NCBI GenBank assembly: GCA_964016885.1
Contig: OZ024760.1
Span: 26,908,001-26,972,000 of the forward strand
From: Eledone cirrhosa
Taxonomy: Eukaryota
DNA: 64,000 bases
Direction: 5' to 3'
Below are positions 1 to 12,058 of this stretch, one piece after another (within the stretch, counting starts at the first letter, position 1; the number at the start of each line of letters is the position of its first letter). A model generated the notes under the pieces. The model worked only from the letters and a program-made list of their open reading frames with translations, searched no databases and was not told the origin of the DNA. Both the position numbers and the translations under genes were made by a program.

Positions 1-158
1 GCTGACTAAGATACTCTCATGGAATGACTAAATGAGGTTTATTTTTTAACATAGTCCTTGAAAAGAAACAATGTAGTTATTAATAAAAATAGTTGAAATT
101 AATGCATGCTAGATTTTACAGCTCTAGCATCACTCCTACATAGTCAGCCTTCCCTCAT
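1..158. mobile_element. Mariner-like MITE remnant (partial), same family as 5523-5690
   Basis: Shares GCTGACTAAGA...GAGGTTTATTTTT...GAAAGAAACA...AGTTGAAATTAATG with 5523-5690. Ends TAGTCAGCCTTCCCTCA then TA, an imperfect inverted match to the GAGGG...GCTGACTA start. Confidence 0.5.
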
Positions 159-346
159 ATATATATATATGTATGTGTGATAGGACTGGAACCCCTATCA
201 TTAAAACATCCAAGAAACCTCACCGTGAGATACAAACTTGTAGGAGGCCAGCTAAACCTACATAGTTGTGGGTTGTAACAAAAACATATATATGCAAGAG
301 GACTGAAGCCTCTATCATTAAAACAACCAAGAACCTCCTATGATAT

Positions 347-752
347 ATCATCATCATCATCATCATCAACGTTTAACGTCCGTGTTCCACGCTTGCATGG
401 GTTTGGACGGGGGTAGTCCCACTTGAGGCAAGAGTGATTGTCTTGCTCGCATAGGACTGTCTGGCGGGTTTTCTACAGTTGGATGCCCTTCCTAACACCA
501 ACCTCATTTACAGTGTGGGACTGGGAGGTTTTTACCGTGTTGCCTACACGGCCACATTACAGCGTGGACTGTGTGTTTTTTGTCGTGACACCTACACGAT
601 CTCATTTGTTTCGGCCTGGATGGCGTGGCACCAACATAACTTTACATAGAAGGGGGTGGTGTGGATGGGGTGGGGGTGGTGTATTTTGTTAGAGATGCCT
701 GCTGGCTGTAGTAGGTTTTACTATGTATTTAGGTAAAGCGGGTCTTCTCTGT

Positions 753-757
<5 letters not shown>
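347..757 (-). mobile_element. RTE LINE family A, 3' end (end of ORF, 3'UTR, (ATG)n tail)
   Basis: Reverse complement of the end of the 20811-22388 copy; (CAT)n tail on the left. Confidence 0.85.
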
Positions 758-789
<32 letters not shown>

Positions 790-790
<1 letters not shown>

Positions 791-964
791 CGTTTCTGAA
801 TTTGTTTAGCAAGATTCTTTATCTGAAATTGTGTGTTGAAACCGATATTGTTATACTTTGGGAGGGTCATGTTGCCAATAAGAAATATATTAATATATAA
901 TAAATTGAAGTGAAAGCAACTGGTGCGTGTGTTTCTTATTGGCAACATGACCCTCCCAAAGTAT

Positions 965-971
<7 letters not shown>
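790..971. mobile_element. Short fold-back element in (TA)n; 3' part of the hammerhead family at 40339
   Basis: About 40-bp inverted repeat at 845-885/932-971. TGAAGTGAAAGCAACTGGTGCG...CCCTCCCAAA recurs at about 40470-40535. Confidence 0.7.
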
Positions 972-1014
<43 letters not shown>

Positions 1015-1053
1015 ATATTAAATAAATAGAAACTATATTTATAAAACCATATT

Positions 1054-1114
1054 TATTCTATTATATATATTTCAAGCGTACCAACATTTTGGTACGCTTT
1101 CATCAGATAAAATA
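1054..1114 (-). ncRNA. Type I hammerhead ribozyme (F1)
   Basis: Reverse complement reads TATTTTAT-CTGATGA-AAGCGTACCAA..TTGGTACGCTT-GAAA-TATATA-TA^ATAGAATA: 8-bp helix I, long helix II, (AU)n palindromic helix III. Confidence 0.8.
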
Positions 1115-1190
1115 CAAAAGGTTTTATAATTATTTGACATGACCAAAGATAATATACCTTAACGGTTCAAGATATTTATAAAACATTTTG

Positions 1191-1251
1191 TATTTTATCT
1201 GATGATAGCGTACCAAAATTTTGGTACCCTTGAAATATATATAATAGAATA
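1191..1251 (+). ncRNA. Type I hammerhead ribozyme (F1)
   Basis: TATTTTAT-CTGATGA-..GTACCAAAATTTTGGTAC..-GAAA-TATATA-TA^ATAGAATA. Confidence 0.75.
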
Positions 1252-1503
1252 AATATGGTTTTATAAATATAGTTTCCATTTATTTAATATCAATGTATAT
1301 TATACTCCAGAAAACTTGTTGAGTGCTCTGAATCAGTTATAAACATTTATATTTGTTGAATTACCAATAAATTGAATATCCCTTTTGCTTATATATATAT
1401 ATATATATATATGTATTTAAAAGGTAAACAGAAATAACAACACAATCGGTACAGTATATGGAAGGTATATATTAGGTTAACGCTTGATATAGCAGGAAGA
1501 GGG

Positions 1504-1539
1504 TCTTAACGTTTCGGATACTAGTCCTTCATCAGAAGA
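1504..1539 (-). ncRNA. Minimal type I hammerhead (F2)
   Basis: Reverse complement reads TCTT-CTGATGA-A-GGA ctagta TCC-GAAA-CG-TT^AAGA. Helix III is a loop-less AACGTT palindrome. Confidence 0.75.
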
Positions 1540-1618
1540 AAGAATGAGAAATAAAATAGATTGGTCCATTCATGTTGACATCTCTCGTCCCCTTAATCTA
1601 TTTTATTTCTCATTCTTT

Positions 1619-1961
1619 GGAGGCACATGGCTTAGTGGTTAGAGCATTGGCCTTGCAATCGAAAGGTTGTGAGTTCAATTCTCAGACCGGGTGATGTGTT
1701 GTTTCCTTGAGCAAGACACTTTATTTCACATTGCTCCAGTTTACTCAGCTGTGAAAATGAGATGATAGGGACTGGCGTCCCTATCATTCCACTGCAAAGT
1801 GGTCGTGGAGGTGCCACGGCAAAAAAGCACCCAGCACTCACTGTAAATGAGGTTGGTGTTAGGAAGGGCATCCAGCTGTAGAAATCAAGCCAGAATCAGT
1901 TCCCATCCCACCCTTCCAAGCAGGGAAAAGCGGACGTAAAATGATGATGATGATGATGATG
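1619..1961 (+). mobile_element. tRNA-derived CORE-like SINE family 1 with RTE-derived tail
   Basis: A box TGGCTTAGTGG, B box GAGTTCAATTC, CORE-like CCTTGAGCAAGACACTT..CAGTTTACTCAGCTGT, (ATG)n tail. 7-bp TSD ATTCTTT at 1612-1618/1962-1968. Confidence 0.9.
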
Positions 1962-1967
1962 ATTCTT

Positions 1968-2003
1968 TCTTCTGATGAAGGACTAGCATCCGAAACATTA
2001 AGA
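1968..2003 (+). ncRNA. Minimal hammerhead (F2) with helix III CG>CA
   Basis: TCTT-CTGATGA-AGGActagcaTCC-GAAA-CA-TT^AAGA. Confidence 0.6.
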
Positions 2004-2252
2004 CCCCCTTCCTGCTATATCAAGCGTTAACCTAATATATACCTTCCATATACTGTACCGATTGTGCTGTTATTTCTGTTTACCTTTTATATACATATAT
2101 ATGTATATCAACGCTTATGTGGCCTCTCAAAATTCGTTGGATTTTCTGATTGGACTTTCACCTCGAAACTGGATACCAACCCGGAATACACCTGAACTTC
2201 CACCAGGAAATCTGTCGTATCTTTGAAATTTTCTTTGCTTCTTTATATATAT

Positions 2253-2412
2253 ATCATCATCATCATCGTTTAACGTCCATTTTCCACACTAGCATGGGTT
2301 GGATGAGCTGTCCCTTTGTGTGAGATCAAGTCGGAGGACTGTGTTTCACTCTCACACACAATTGATTTTGGCTTAATTTCTACGGCTGGATCCCTTCCTA
2401 ATACCAACCATA
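2253..2412 (-). mobile_element. RTE 3' terminus leading into the 48-bp array
   Basis: (CAT)n, then GTTTAACGTCCATTTTCCACACTAGCATGGG...TTTCTACGGCTGGAT.CCCTTCCTAA. Confidence 0.75.
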
Positions 2413-4976
2413 TTTACAGTGTGTGCTGGGTGTTTTTTGTTGTGGCACCTACATGACCACTTTACAGTGTGGGCTGGGTGTTTTTTGTTGTGACACCTAC
2501 ATGACCACTTTACAGTGTGTGCTGGGTGTTTTTTGTTGTGGCACCTACATGACCACTTTACAGTGTGTGCTGGGTGTTTTTTGTTGTGGCACCTACATGA
2601 CCACTTTACAGTGTGTGCTGGGTGTTTTTTGTCATGACACCTACATGACCACTTTACAGTGTGTGCTGGGTGTTTTTTGTTGTGGCACCTACATGACCAC
2701 TTTACAGTGTGTGCTGGGTGTTTTTTGTTGTGGCACCTACATGACCACTTTACAGTGTGTGCTGGGTGTTTTTTGTTGTGGCACCTACATGACCACTTTA
2801 CAGTGTGTGCTGGGTGTTTTTTGTCATGACACCTACATGACCACTTTACAGTGTGTGCTGGGTGTTTTTTGTCATGACACCTACATGACCACTTTACAGT
2901 GTGGGCTGGGTGTTTTTTGTTGTGACACCTACATGACCACTTTACAGTGAGGACTGGGTGTTTTTTGTTGTGACACCTACATGACCACTTTACAGTGTGT
3001 GCTGGGTGTTTTTTGTTGTGGCACCTACATGACCACTTTACAGTGTGTGCTGGGTGTTTTTTGTTGTGGCACCTACATGACCACTTTACAGTGTGTGCTG
3101 GGTGTTTTTTGTTGTGGCACCTACATGACCACTTTACAGTGTGTGCTGGGTGTTTTTTGTTGTGACACCTACATGACCACTTTACAGTGTGTGCTGGGTG
3201 TTTTTTGTTGTGACACCTACATGACCACTTTACAGTGTGTGCTGGGTGTTTTTTGTTGTGACACCTACATGACCACTTTACAGTGTGGGCTGGGTGTTTT
3301 TTGTTGTGACACCTACATGACCACTTTACAGTGTGGACTGGGTGTTTTTTGTTGTGACACCTACATGACCACTTTACAGTGTGGACTGGGTGCTTTTTGT
3401 TGTGGCACCTACATGACCACTTTACAGTGTGGGCTGGGTACTTTTTGTTGTGGCACCTACATGACCACTTTACAGTGTGGGCTGGGTACTTTTTGTTGTG
3501 ACATCTACATGACCACTTTACAGTGTGGGCTGGGTGTTTTTTGTTGTGACACCTACATGACCACTTTACAGTGTGGACTGGGTGTTTTTTGTTGTGACAC
3601 CTACATGACCACTTTACAGTGTGTGCTGGGTGTTTTTTGTTGTGACACCTACATGACCACTTTACAGTGTGTGCTGGGTGTTTTTTGTTGTGACACCTAC
3701 ATGACCACTTTACAGTGTGGGCTGGGTGTTTTTTGTTGTGACACCTACATGACCACTTTACAGTGTGGGCTGGGTGTTTTTTGTTGTGACACCTACATGA
3801 CCACTTTACAGTGTGTGCTGGGTGTTTTTTGTTGTGGCACCTACATGACCACTTTACAGTGTGGGCTGGGTGTTTTTTGTTGTGACATCTACATGACCAC
3901 TTTACAGTGTGGGCTGGGTGTTTTTTGTTGTGACACCTACATGATCACTTTACAGTGAGGACTGGGTGTTTTTTGTTGTGACACCTACATGACCACTTTA
4001 CAGTGTGTGCTGGGTGTTTTTTGTTGTGACACCTACATGACCACTTTACAGTGTGGGCTGGGTGTTTTTTGTTGTGACACCTACATGACCACTTTACAGT
4101 GTGGGCTGGGTGTTTTTTGTTGTGACACCTACATGACCACTTTACAGTGTGTGCTGGGTGTTTTTTGTTGTGACATCTACATGACCACTTTACAGTGTGT
4201 GCTGGGTGTTTTTTGTTGTGACATCTACATGACCACTTTACAGTGTGTGCTGGGTGTTTTTTGTTGTGACACCTACATGACCACTTTACAGTGTGGGCTG
4301 GGTGTTTTTTGTTGTGTCACCTACATGACCACTTTACAGTGTGTGCTGGGTGTTTTTTGTTGTGACACCTACATGACCACTTTACAGTGTGGGCTGGGTG
4401 TTTTTTGTTGTGACACCTACATGACCACTTTACAGTGAGGACTGGGTGTTTTTTGTTGTGACACCTACATGACCACTTTACAGTGTGTGCTGGGTGCTTT
4501 TTGTTGTCACCTACATGACCACTTTACAGTGTGTGCTGGGTGTTTTTTGTTGTGGCACCTACATGACCACTTTACAGTGTGGGCTGGGTTTTTTGTTGTG
4601 ACATCTACATGACCACTTTACAGTGTGGGCTGGGTGTTTTTTGTTGTGACACCTACATGACCACTTTACAGTGTGGGCTGGGTGTTTTTTGTTGTGACAT
4701 CTACATGACCACTTTACAGTGTGGGCTGGGTGTTTTTTGTTGTGACACCTACATGACCACTTTACAGTGTGTGCTGGGTGTTTTTTGTTGTGACACCTAC
4801 ATGACCACTTTACAGTGTGGGCTGGGTGTTTTTTGTTGTGACACCTACATGACCACTTTACAGTGTGTGCTGGGTGTTTTTTGTTGTGACACCTACATGA
4901 CCACTTTACAGTGTGTGCTGGGTGTTTTTTGTTGTGACACCTACATGACCACTTTACAGTGTGGGCTGGGTGCTTT
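2413..4976. repeat. 48-bp minisatellite, about 53 copies, from the RTE 3'UTR
   Basis: Unit TTTACAGTGTG(T/G)GCTGGGTGTTTTTTGTTGTGACACCTACATGACCAC. Explains the MTTLQCVLGVFCCDTY pseudo-ORFs. Confidence 0.95.
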
Positions 4977-5038
4977 AACGACATTTTTTTCCAATTCCAA
5001 CCGGCCCGTCCCCTCAATCTATCTTATTTTTCATTCTT

Positions 5039-5074
5039 TCTTCTGATGAAGGACTAGCGTCCGAAACATTAAGA
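5039..5074 (+). ncRNA. Minimal hammerhead (F2) in element 4980-5167
   Basis: TCTT-CTGATGA-A-GGAC tagc GTCC-GAAA-CA-TT^AAGA. Confidence 0.65.
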
Positions 5075-5169
5075 CCCTCTTCCTCCTATTTCAATCGTTA
5101 ACCTAATATATATCTTCCATATACTGTACAATTGTGTTGTTATTTCTGTTTACCTTTTACATACATGAT

Positions 5170-5513
5170 GGAGGCACATGGCTTAGTGGTTAGGGCATTG
5201 ACCTTGCAATCGAAAGGTTGTGAGTTCAATTCTCAGACCGGGTGATGTGTTGTTTCCTTGAGCAAGACACTTTATTTCCCATTGCTCCAGTTTACTCAGC
5301 TGTAGAAATGAGATGATAGGGACTGGGTTCCCTATCATTCCACTGCAAAGTGGTCGTGGAGGTGCCATGGCAAAAAAGCACCTAGCACTCACTGTAAATG
5401 AGGTTGGTGTTAGGAAGGGCATCCAGCTGTAGAAATCAAGCCAGAAGCAGTTCCCGTCCCACCCTTCCAAGCAGGGAAAAGTGGACGTAAAATGAAATGA
5501 TGATGATGATGAT
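5170..5513 (+). mobile_element. SINE family 1
   Basis: Full copy of 1619-1961. Confidence 0.9.
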
Positions 5514-5522
5514 ATATATATT

Positions 5523-5690
5523 TGAGGGTCAGCTGAAAAGTTTATGGGCTGACTAAGACTAATTGAGGTTTATTTTTCAACATTGTCCCTGGAAAGAAAC
5601 AAATGCAGTTATTAAAAAGAAGAGTTGAAATTAATGGATGCAAGATTTCACAGCTCCAGCATCACGCCTTCTTAGTGAACCCACCCTACC
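5523..5690. mobile_element. Mariner-like MITE remnant
   Basis: Starts TGAGGGTCAGCTGAAAAGTTTATGGGCTGAC, resembling mariner TIRs. Homologous to 1-158. Confidence 0.5.
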
Positions 5691-5875
5691 ATAATATGTA
5701 TTATATAATATTTCTGAAAGCAATAAAACAAGAAAACAGAAGGTAACTATTAACTAGACCACAAGTTTCCTTACCTGAAAGTTATGTAATTAATATTACA
5801 GGTGTATAATTACAGTGTTTGTCTTTTCAAACCGATTCCAACAAAAGACAAAAGGAAGCTCTTGTTTTGGCTAGT

Positions 5876-7033
5876 ATCATCATCATGACCATCATCACCA
5901 TCATCACCATCACCACCACCACTATCATCACCACCACTACACCACCACCACTACACCACCACCACTACACCACCACCACTACACCACCATCACTACCACC
6001 ATCATCACCACCACTACACCATCACCACCATCACCAACACCACCACCACCAACATCACCATCCCCATCACCACCATCCCCATCACCACCACCACCATCAC
6101 CATAACCACCACCACTACACCACCACAACCACGACCACCACCATCACCATCACCACCACCACTCCCCACTACCACCACTACACCACCATCATCACCACCA
6201 TCACCAACACCACCATCACCACAACCATCACCATAACCACCATCATCACCATCTCTACAGCACCACGACCACCATCACCACCACCACTCACCACCATCAC
6301 CACCACCACCACCACTCACCACCACCACCACCACCACTCACCACCACCACCACCACCACCACCACCACTCACCACCACCACCACCACCACTCACCACCAT
6401 CACCACCACCACCACCATCAGCATCAATACCACCACCACCATCAACACCACCATCACCAACACCACAACCACCACCACCACCATCAGCATCAACACCACA
6501 ACCACCATCAACACCACCACCACCATCAACACCACCACCACCATCAACACCACCAACACCACAACCATCACCACCACCACCACCACCACCATCACCACCA
6601 CTCACCACCATCACCACCACCACTCACCACCATCACCACCACCACTCACCACCATCACCACCACCTGCAACACCACCACCACCACTCACCACCATCACCA
6701 CCATCACCACCACCACCATCACCATCACCACCACCATCAACACCACCACCACCATCACCATCACCACCACCATCAACACCACCACCACCACCATCACCAC
6801 CACCACCACCATCACCACCACCACCACAACCATCACCACCACCACTCACCACCATCACCACTCACCACCATCACCACCACCACCACCATCACCACCACCA
6901 CCACTCACCACCATCACCACTCACCACCATCACCACCACCATCAACACCACACCAGCATCAACACCATCAACACCACCACCATCAACACCACCACCATCA
7001 CCACCACCAACACCATCAACACCACCACCACCA
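5876..7033. repeat. (CAC/CAT)n compound microsatellite
   Basis: Direct reading; source of the poly-H/T/P and poly-V/G ORFs. Confidence 0.95.
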
Positions 7034-7208
7034 AAATGGCTGACAATCTTTTTAATAATTCCTTTCTTTTGAATTGTGACATGTGGCCAGCAGTTTGAAG
7101 TGGGGGGTGGGGATTGATTGTATTAACCGCAGTACTTGACTGGTACTTTATTTACCGACCCCAGGGGGGGAATATATAGTTGACCTCGGTGGCAATGATG
7201 ATGATGAT

Positions 7209-7905
7209 AATTGTTTCTACTTTTGGCACAAGGCCAGCAATTACCCCAGTGTATTACTGGTACTTTAATAAATGTTTCTATTGTTGGCACAAGGCCAGCA
7301 ATTACCCCAGTGTATTACTGGTACTTTAATAATTGTTTCTACTTTTTGGCACAAGGCCAGCAATTACCTCAGTGTATTACTGGTACTTTAATAATTGTTT
7401 CTAATATTGGCACAAGGCCAGCAATTTCCCCAGTGCATTACTGGTACTTTAATAAATGTTTCTAATGTTAACACAAGGCCAGCAATTACCCCAGTGTATT
7501 ACTGGTACTTTAATAATTGTTTCTAATGTTGACACAAGGCCAGCAATTACCCCAGTGTATTACTGGTACTTTAATAATTGTTTCTAATGTTGGCACAAGG
7601 CCAGCAAATACCCAGTGTATTACTGGTACTTTAATAATGGTTTCCACTTTTGGCACAAGGCCAGCAATTACCCCAGTGTATTACTGGTACTTTAATAATT
7701 GTTTCTAATGTTGGCACAAGGCCAGCAATAACCCAGTTTATTACTGGTACTTTAATAATTGTTTCTAATGTTGGCACAAAGCCAGCAATCACTCCAGTGT
7801 ATTACTGGTACTTTAATAATTGTTTCTAATGTTGGCACAAGGCCAGCAATTACCCAGTGTATTACTGGTACTTTAATAATTGTTTCTAATGTTGGCACAA
7901 GGAGA
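7209..7905 (-). repeat. About 61-62-bp tandem array, about 11 copies, of the SINE family 2 3' end
   Basis: Unit AATTGTTTCTA(C/A)T(T/G)TTGGCACAAGGCCAGCAATTACCCCAGTGTATTACTGGTACTTTAAT. Confidence 0.9.
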
Positions 7906-8160
7906 GCAACTTTACAGAGAAAAGGTGATATGGGTGGGAAGATGGAGTAGGTTATGTGGGTTGGGGCGTATATGAGGTGGCTATTGACTGTAGGTTTAAA
8001 TTTACATATAAGGGAAGCTGGTTCTTCTGTACAACTGCATAGTGCCAAAGATCTCGATCCAATGACATTGTCTTTGAGAGGTGTAGGTGAGCAAGGTCAG
8101 TCTTTATCACCTCGTCCCAGGTTTCTCTTGGTCTACCCACTCCGTAGCTTCCATCAATAT
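7906..8160 (-). mobile_element. RTE family A, degenerate C-terminal fragment
   Basis: ORF 7952-8191 contains IDGSYGVGRPRETWDEVIKTDLAHLHLSKTMSLDRDLW. Confidence 0.8.
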
Positions 8161-8366
8161 TTATTAGAATACTGTTGAAGTATGTATACATTGGGGGGGG
8201 GGGGGAGAAACCCTGTATATATGATGGGCTTCAGTTTCTACCTACCAAATCGCATTAGGATAGTACTACTGAGACTGTAGAACATAGTAGAAGATACTTA
8301 CCCCAGGTGCCTCATAGTGGGGCTGTATCCAGAAGCGAGTGAGTTTCTACCTACCAAATTGCACAT

Positions 8367-8717
8367 GGAGGCACATGGCTTAGTGGTTAGAGCATTGGGC
8401 TTGCAATCGAAAGGTTGTGAGTTCAATTCTCAGACCGAGTGATGTGTTGTTTCCTTGAACAAGACACTTTATTTCACATTGCTCCAGTTTACTCAGCTGT
8501 AGAAATGAGATGTTAGGGACTGGGGTCCATATCATTCCACTGCAAAGTGGTCGTGGGTGTGCCATGGCAAAAAAGCACCCAGCACTCACTGTAAATGAGG
8601 TTGGTGTTAGGAAGGGCATCCAGCTGTAGAAATCAAGCCAGAATCAGTTCCCGTCCCACTCTTGCAAGCAGGGAAAAGCGGACGTAAAATGATGATGATG
8701 ATGATGATGATGATGAT
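8367..8717 (+). mobile_element. SINE family 1, inside a duplicated older SINE remnant (8210-8835)
   Basis: Full SINE copy. About 85 bp GATAGTAC..GAGTTT occurs on both sides. Confidence 0.85.
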
Positions 8718-8880
8718 AGTACGACTGAGACTGTAGAACATACTAGAAGATACTTCCTCCAGTTGCCTCATAGTGGGACTGAATCCAGAAGCAAGTGAGT
8801 TTAAAATCAGCTCCATAACTATGCAGTCGTTCCTGCATTTGATGTCACAAGCAATAAATTTGACAATAAATCACACTTAC

Positions 8881-9032
8881 ATAAGGTGCTTCCCGTGAGA
8901 TCTTTGGAATTCAAGAAAGTAAATTAGTTCGGAAGTCGTAAATTTACTGCTGGCTTCCATTTCACTTAAGCTATTGCCTTCTTGTTGTTGTTGTTGTTGA
9001 AATATATAAATATTTAACTTCGCTTGCACAAG
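8881..9032 (-). CDS. Possible host exon, product unrecognised
   Basis: Non-repetitive segment with acceptor TTACCCCCAG and perfect donor GTAAGTG. One open frame: LVQAKLNIYIFQQQQQQEGNSLSEMEASSKFTTSELIYFLEFQRSHGKHL. Confidence 0.25.
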
Positions 9033-9131
9033 CTGGGGGTAATATGCACCTCATGGTTTCTTAATGAACTTGTCGAGAATACCAAGAAAAGTGACCAATT
9101 CAAGAATGGACATGATATCTCTCTGACTATG

Positions 9132-9182
<51 letters not shown>

Positions 9183-9331
9183 ATATTTTGAGTTTATGTT
9201 GGTTGTATACCAACACCTCAGTATGCAGGCTGGAGCACTCGACGAAGTGTGCAGGTTGGTTTGGTTACTCCGGGGTAGTGTAAAATAAAGTTAAATAAAA
9301 GTCAAATGATTAAAATTTAGCTTCGTTTATT

Positions 9332-9386
9332 ACTGCTATATATATTTCAGTGACAGCCATCTTTGGCTGTGACCTCTTCAGACAGT
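9332..9386 (-). ncRNA. Type I hammerhead (F3)
   Basis: Inverted copy of 9563-9617. Confidence 0.75.
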
Positions 9387-9562
9387 TTGAATTAGTATGG
9401 TATAGACAAGTACATATGTTATTTAGGTGTATGATATTGTCAATACTCTGATATGCCCAGTTCCTTGTTGGGTTGTTAATTCACTGGGGACAGTTCCCCA
9501 GTGAATCAACAATATCATACACCTAAATAACATATGTACTTGTCTATACCATACTAATTCAA

Positions 9563-9617
9563 ACTGCCTGAAGAGGTCACAGCCAAAGATGGCTGTCACT
9601 GAAATATATATAGCAGT
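9563..9617 (+). ncRNA. Type I hammerhead (F3)
   Basis: ACTGC-CTGAAGA-GGTCACAGCCA aaga TGGCTGTCACT-GAAA-TATATA-TA^GCAGT. Confidence 0.8.
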
Positions 9618-9661
9618 AATAAACGAAGCTAAATTTTAATCATTTGACTTTTATTTAACTT

Positions 9662-9694
<33 letters not shown>

Positions 9695-9699
9695 GATGT

Positions 9700-9944
9700 A
9701 AGTGCAAAGCGAAACCTACAGTCAGTAGGCACCTCTTACTAAAATACACCCCCGTCCCACTACCCCCCACCCCATCCACACCACCCCTTTCTCTGTAAAG
9801 TTATGTTGGTACCACAACATCCAGTCCTAAAATAAATGAGGTCGTGTAGGTGTCATGACAAAAAAACACACGTGCCTCAAGTGGGAAAATTCCCGTCCAA
9901 ACCCATGCTAGCATGGAAGATGGACGTTAAACGATGATGATGAT
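9700..9944 (+). mobile_element. RTE family A 3'UTR fragment
   Basis: ACAGTCAGTAGGCACCTC...CCCGTCCAAACCCATGCTAGCATGGAAGATGGACGTTAAAC(GAT)n. Confidence 0.8.
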
Positions 9945-10235
9945 TATATATATATATATATAATAGAAATAAATGGAATATATAACACTATAGCATCATT
10001 ATTTATTTCATTATATATATTTCAGGGATACTAAATAATTAAGCTATAGTGTTATATATTCTGTTTATTACTATTATTATCATAATACTCAAATGAATTT
10101 TATTTGTCGAGTGCTTTGTTTCTGTTATGAATATATATATATATATATATATTGTGGTAAATGTCTATACCATAGTTAGAACTCAATGTAATCCGTTAGC
10201 AAGTAGTTCAGTGAGATCCAGAGATATATTAGATA

Positions 10236-10884
10236 CTAGCAGTGGTACCCGGCGTTGCACAGGATAAATTATTTTGGAATGCGGGCCACCAACAGACATA
10301 ATCGTGGAAAACTGCATGCCTGGACAATAAGTAAAGAAAATAAACCGAATACTCTGATGGCTGGATAATCTTTAAGATTTTCCTCGATGAAGCAGGAAAA
10401 ATGCAGGTTTTCACCTAATGCTGGCCCTAGGGGATCAAGAAAATGAATTTTTTTATGTGCATAATATGCCTTGAAATTTCGGGAAAATCGGCTAGATGTA
10501 ATGCCCCAAAGAAGCCCTAAAAGGCTGAAAAAATGAAGTTTTCACCTAAGAAATAAAGTTTTCAGACCATAAAAAAGTTGGATTTTCTTTCCTCGCGGTA
10601 TGAAGAGACTGACTAATACATTGTTACAATTTCAAGGAAATCGGTCTGATGTAACACCTAAAAAAAACCCTGAAAAAGCTGAAAAAACGCAGTTTTTCAC
10701 CTAATGCGGGCCCTAGGGGATCAAAAAGTTGAATTTGAAACAAGTAATACATATGTAAAGTTTGAAAAAAATCGGTTGGGTACTTCTCGAGTTTTAGGGA
10801 TTCAAACTCACACACACACACACACGCACACGCACACAGACAGAGAGAAAGAGAGACAGACATCCTCAGTTTTATATATATAGA
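10236..10884 (-). mobile_element. Non-autonomous Helitron (about 650 bp)
   Basis: Minus strand reads A|TCTATATATATAAAAC at the 5' end and GC-rich imperfect hairpin CCTGTGCAACGCCGGG..CTAG|T at the 3' end. AT target, internal duplication, (CA)n. Confidence 0.8.
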
Positions 10885-10891
10885 TTAGTTT

Positions 10892-11670
10892 AATAATTGT
10901 TTCTACTTTAGGCACAAGGCCAGCAATTACCCAGTGCATTACTGGTACTTTATTTTATCAACCCCGTAAGGATGAAAGGCAAAGTTAACCTCGGCGGGAT
11001 TTGAACTCAGACCATAACGAGCCGTAGTTCTTTGCTGTAAAGCATGGCGTCCGACCCTCTACCGATACTGCCAATTCACTACCCTATATATAGAAAGACG
11101 ATCGACTTTCGTCAAATCGGACCGAGGGAACAATGTTTCCGTTGGTCTCTCCAATTGCTAATACACTCTATCGGTCGCAACTCCAGGTAGAAGGAGCAAC
11201 GTGAAATAAAATGTCTTGCTCAAGGACATAACGCATCGCCTGGTCCAGGAATCGAACTCGCAACCTTACGATTGCGAATCCAATTCTCTAACCACTCCGC
11301 CACACGCCTTCAAATATATATATATATATATATATAATAATTCTACTTTTGGCACAAGGCCAGCAATTACTCAGTGCATTACTGGTACTTTATTTTATCA
11401 ACCCCGTAAGGATGAAAGGCAAAGTTAACCTTGGCGGGATTTGAACTCAGACCGTAAAGGGACGTAACTATGCTGGAAAGCATGGCGTCCGACCTTCTAC
11501 TGATACTGCCAATTCCCCGCCATATCCCAGTGTATTACTGGTACTTTATTTTATCGACCCTGTAAGGATGAAAGGCAAAGTTAACCTCGGTGGGATTTGA
11601 ACTCAGATCATAACAGGAGGTAACTCTATGCTGGAAAGCATGGCGTCCGACGCTTTACCGATACTGCCAA
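10892..11670 (-). mobile_element. Cluster of SINE family 2 copies (10892-11082, 11336-11522, 11525-11670) around a SINE family 3 copy (11095-11311)
   Basis: SINE2 has A box TGGCAGTATCGG, B box GAGTTCAAATCC and central GCCTTTCATCCTTACGGGGTCGATAAAATAAAGTACC (resembles the Deu/Nin domain, from memory). SINE3 also occurs at 42209-42420 and 33017-33125. Confidence 0.8.
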
Positions 11671-12058
11671 TGAAAATTATTGTGTACAGTGCTCAGTTAA
11701 GTGTATCCTATTTTCACTGTATGGTGATTGAATATCTTTCGCTATTTATGGCCAACGGGGAAGTGGAAGACTAGGAATTTTCTACCTACATTGGTCTTCA
11801 CATTAAGTGCGAAAGTTGGTGCAAATTATAAGACATCTTGTGTCACGATTTTTCTTTCTAGATGTAGGTTGGTGACCTGGAGAGTATATGATTGTTTTCA
11901 GAATGTGTAACGAAAGAGCATTGACACTATATAAACAATCATCCGGTTATTGAACCAACCAGCTGGAAATTTATAATAAATTGAAAAGTATAACAAAATC
12001 TGTTTCAACACATGTTTTCAGATGAGAAATCTTTCAAAACAAATTCAAAAATGAAGTA

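Larger units (their letters stand above)
1010..1390. mobile_element. PLE-like fold-back element, family F1, in (TA)n
   Basis: About 120-bp inverted arms (1010-1130/1173-1295), each with a hammerhead. Homologs at 32720-33017 and 42760-43155. Confidence 0.75.
1413..2245. mobile_element. PLE-like fold-back element, family F2, split by a SINE
   Basis: 1413-1561 is the inverted copy of 1596-1618 plus 1969-2095. Flanked by (TA)n. Homologs at 4980-5167 and 59455-59670. Confidence 0.75.
9186..9670. mobile_element. PLE-like fold-back element, family F3, in (TA/TATC)n
   Basis: Inverted arms 9281-9440/9509-9668, each with a hammerhead. Homologs at 14940-15192 and 41688-41912. Confidence 0.8.

Noticed and set aside
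1619-1695. tRNA genes
   Set aside because: These are SINE heads with A and B boxes; there is no complete acceptor stem and they run on into the SINE body.
1632-1871. Recurrent 79-aa MPFLTPTSF ORF family
   Set aside because: Antisense reading of SINE1 copies.
2413-4976. CRISPR-like array or Cys-rich repeat protein
   Set aside because: Contiguous units with no unique spacers, no cas genes, in-frame TGA variants, and a unit derived from the RTE 3'UTR.
5819-7072. 417-aa His/Pro/Thr ORF, and similar ORFs at 19 kb, 34 kb, 38 kb, 49 kb and 58 kb
   Set aside because: Translations of microsatellites.
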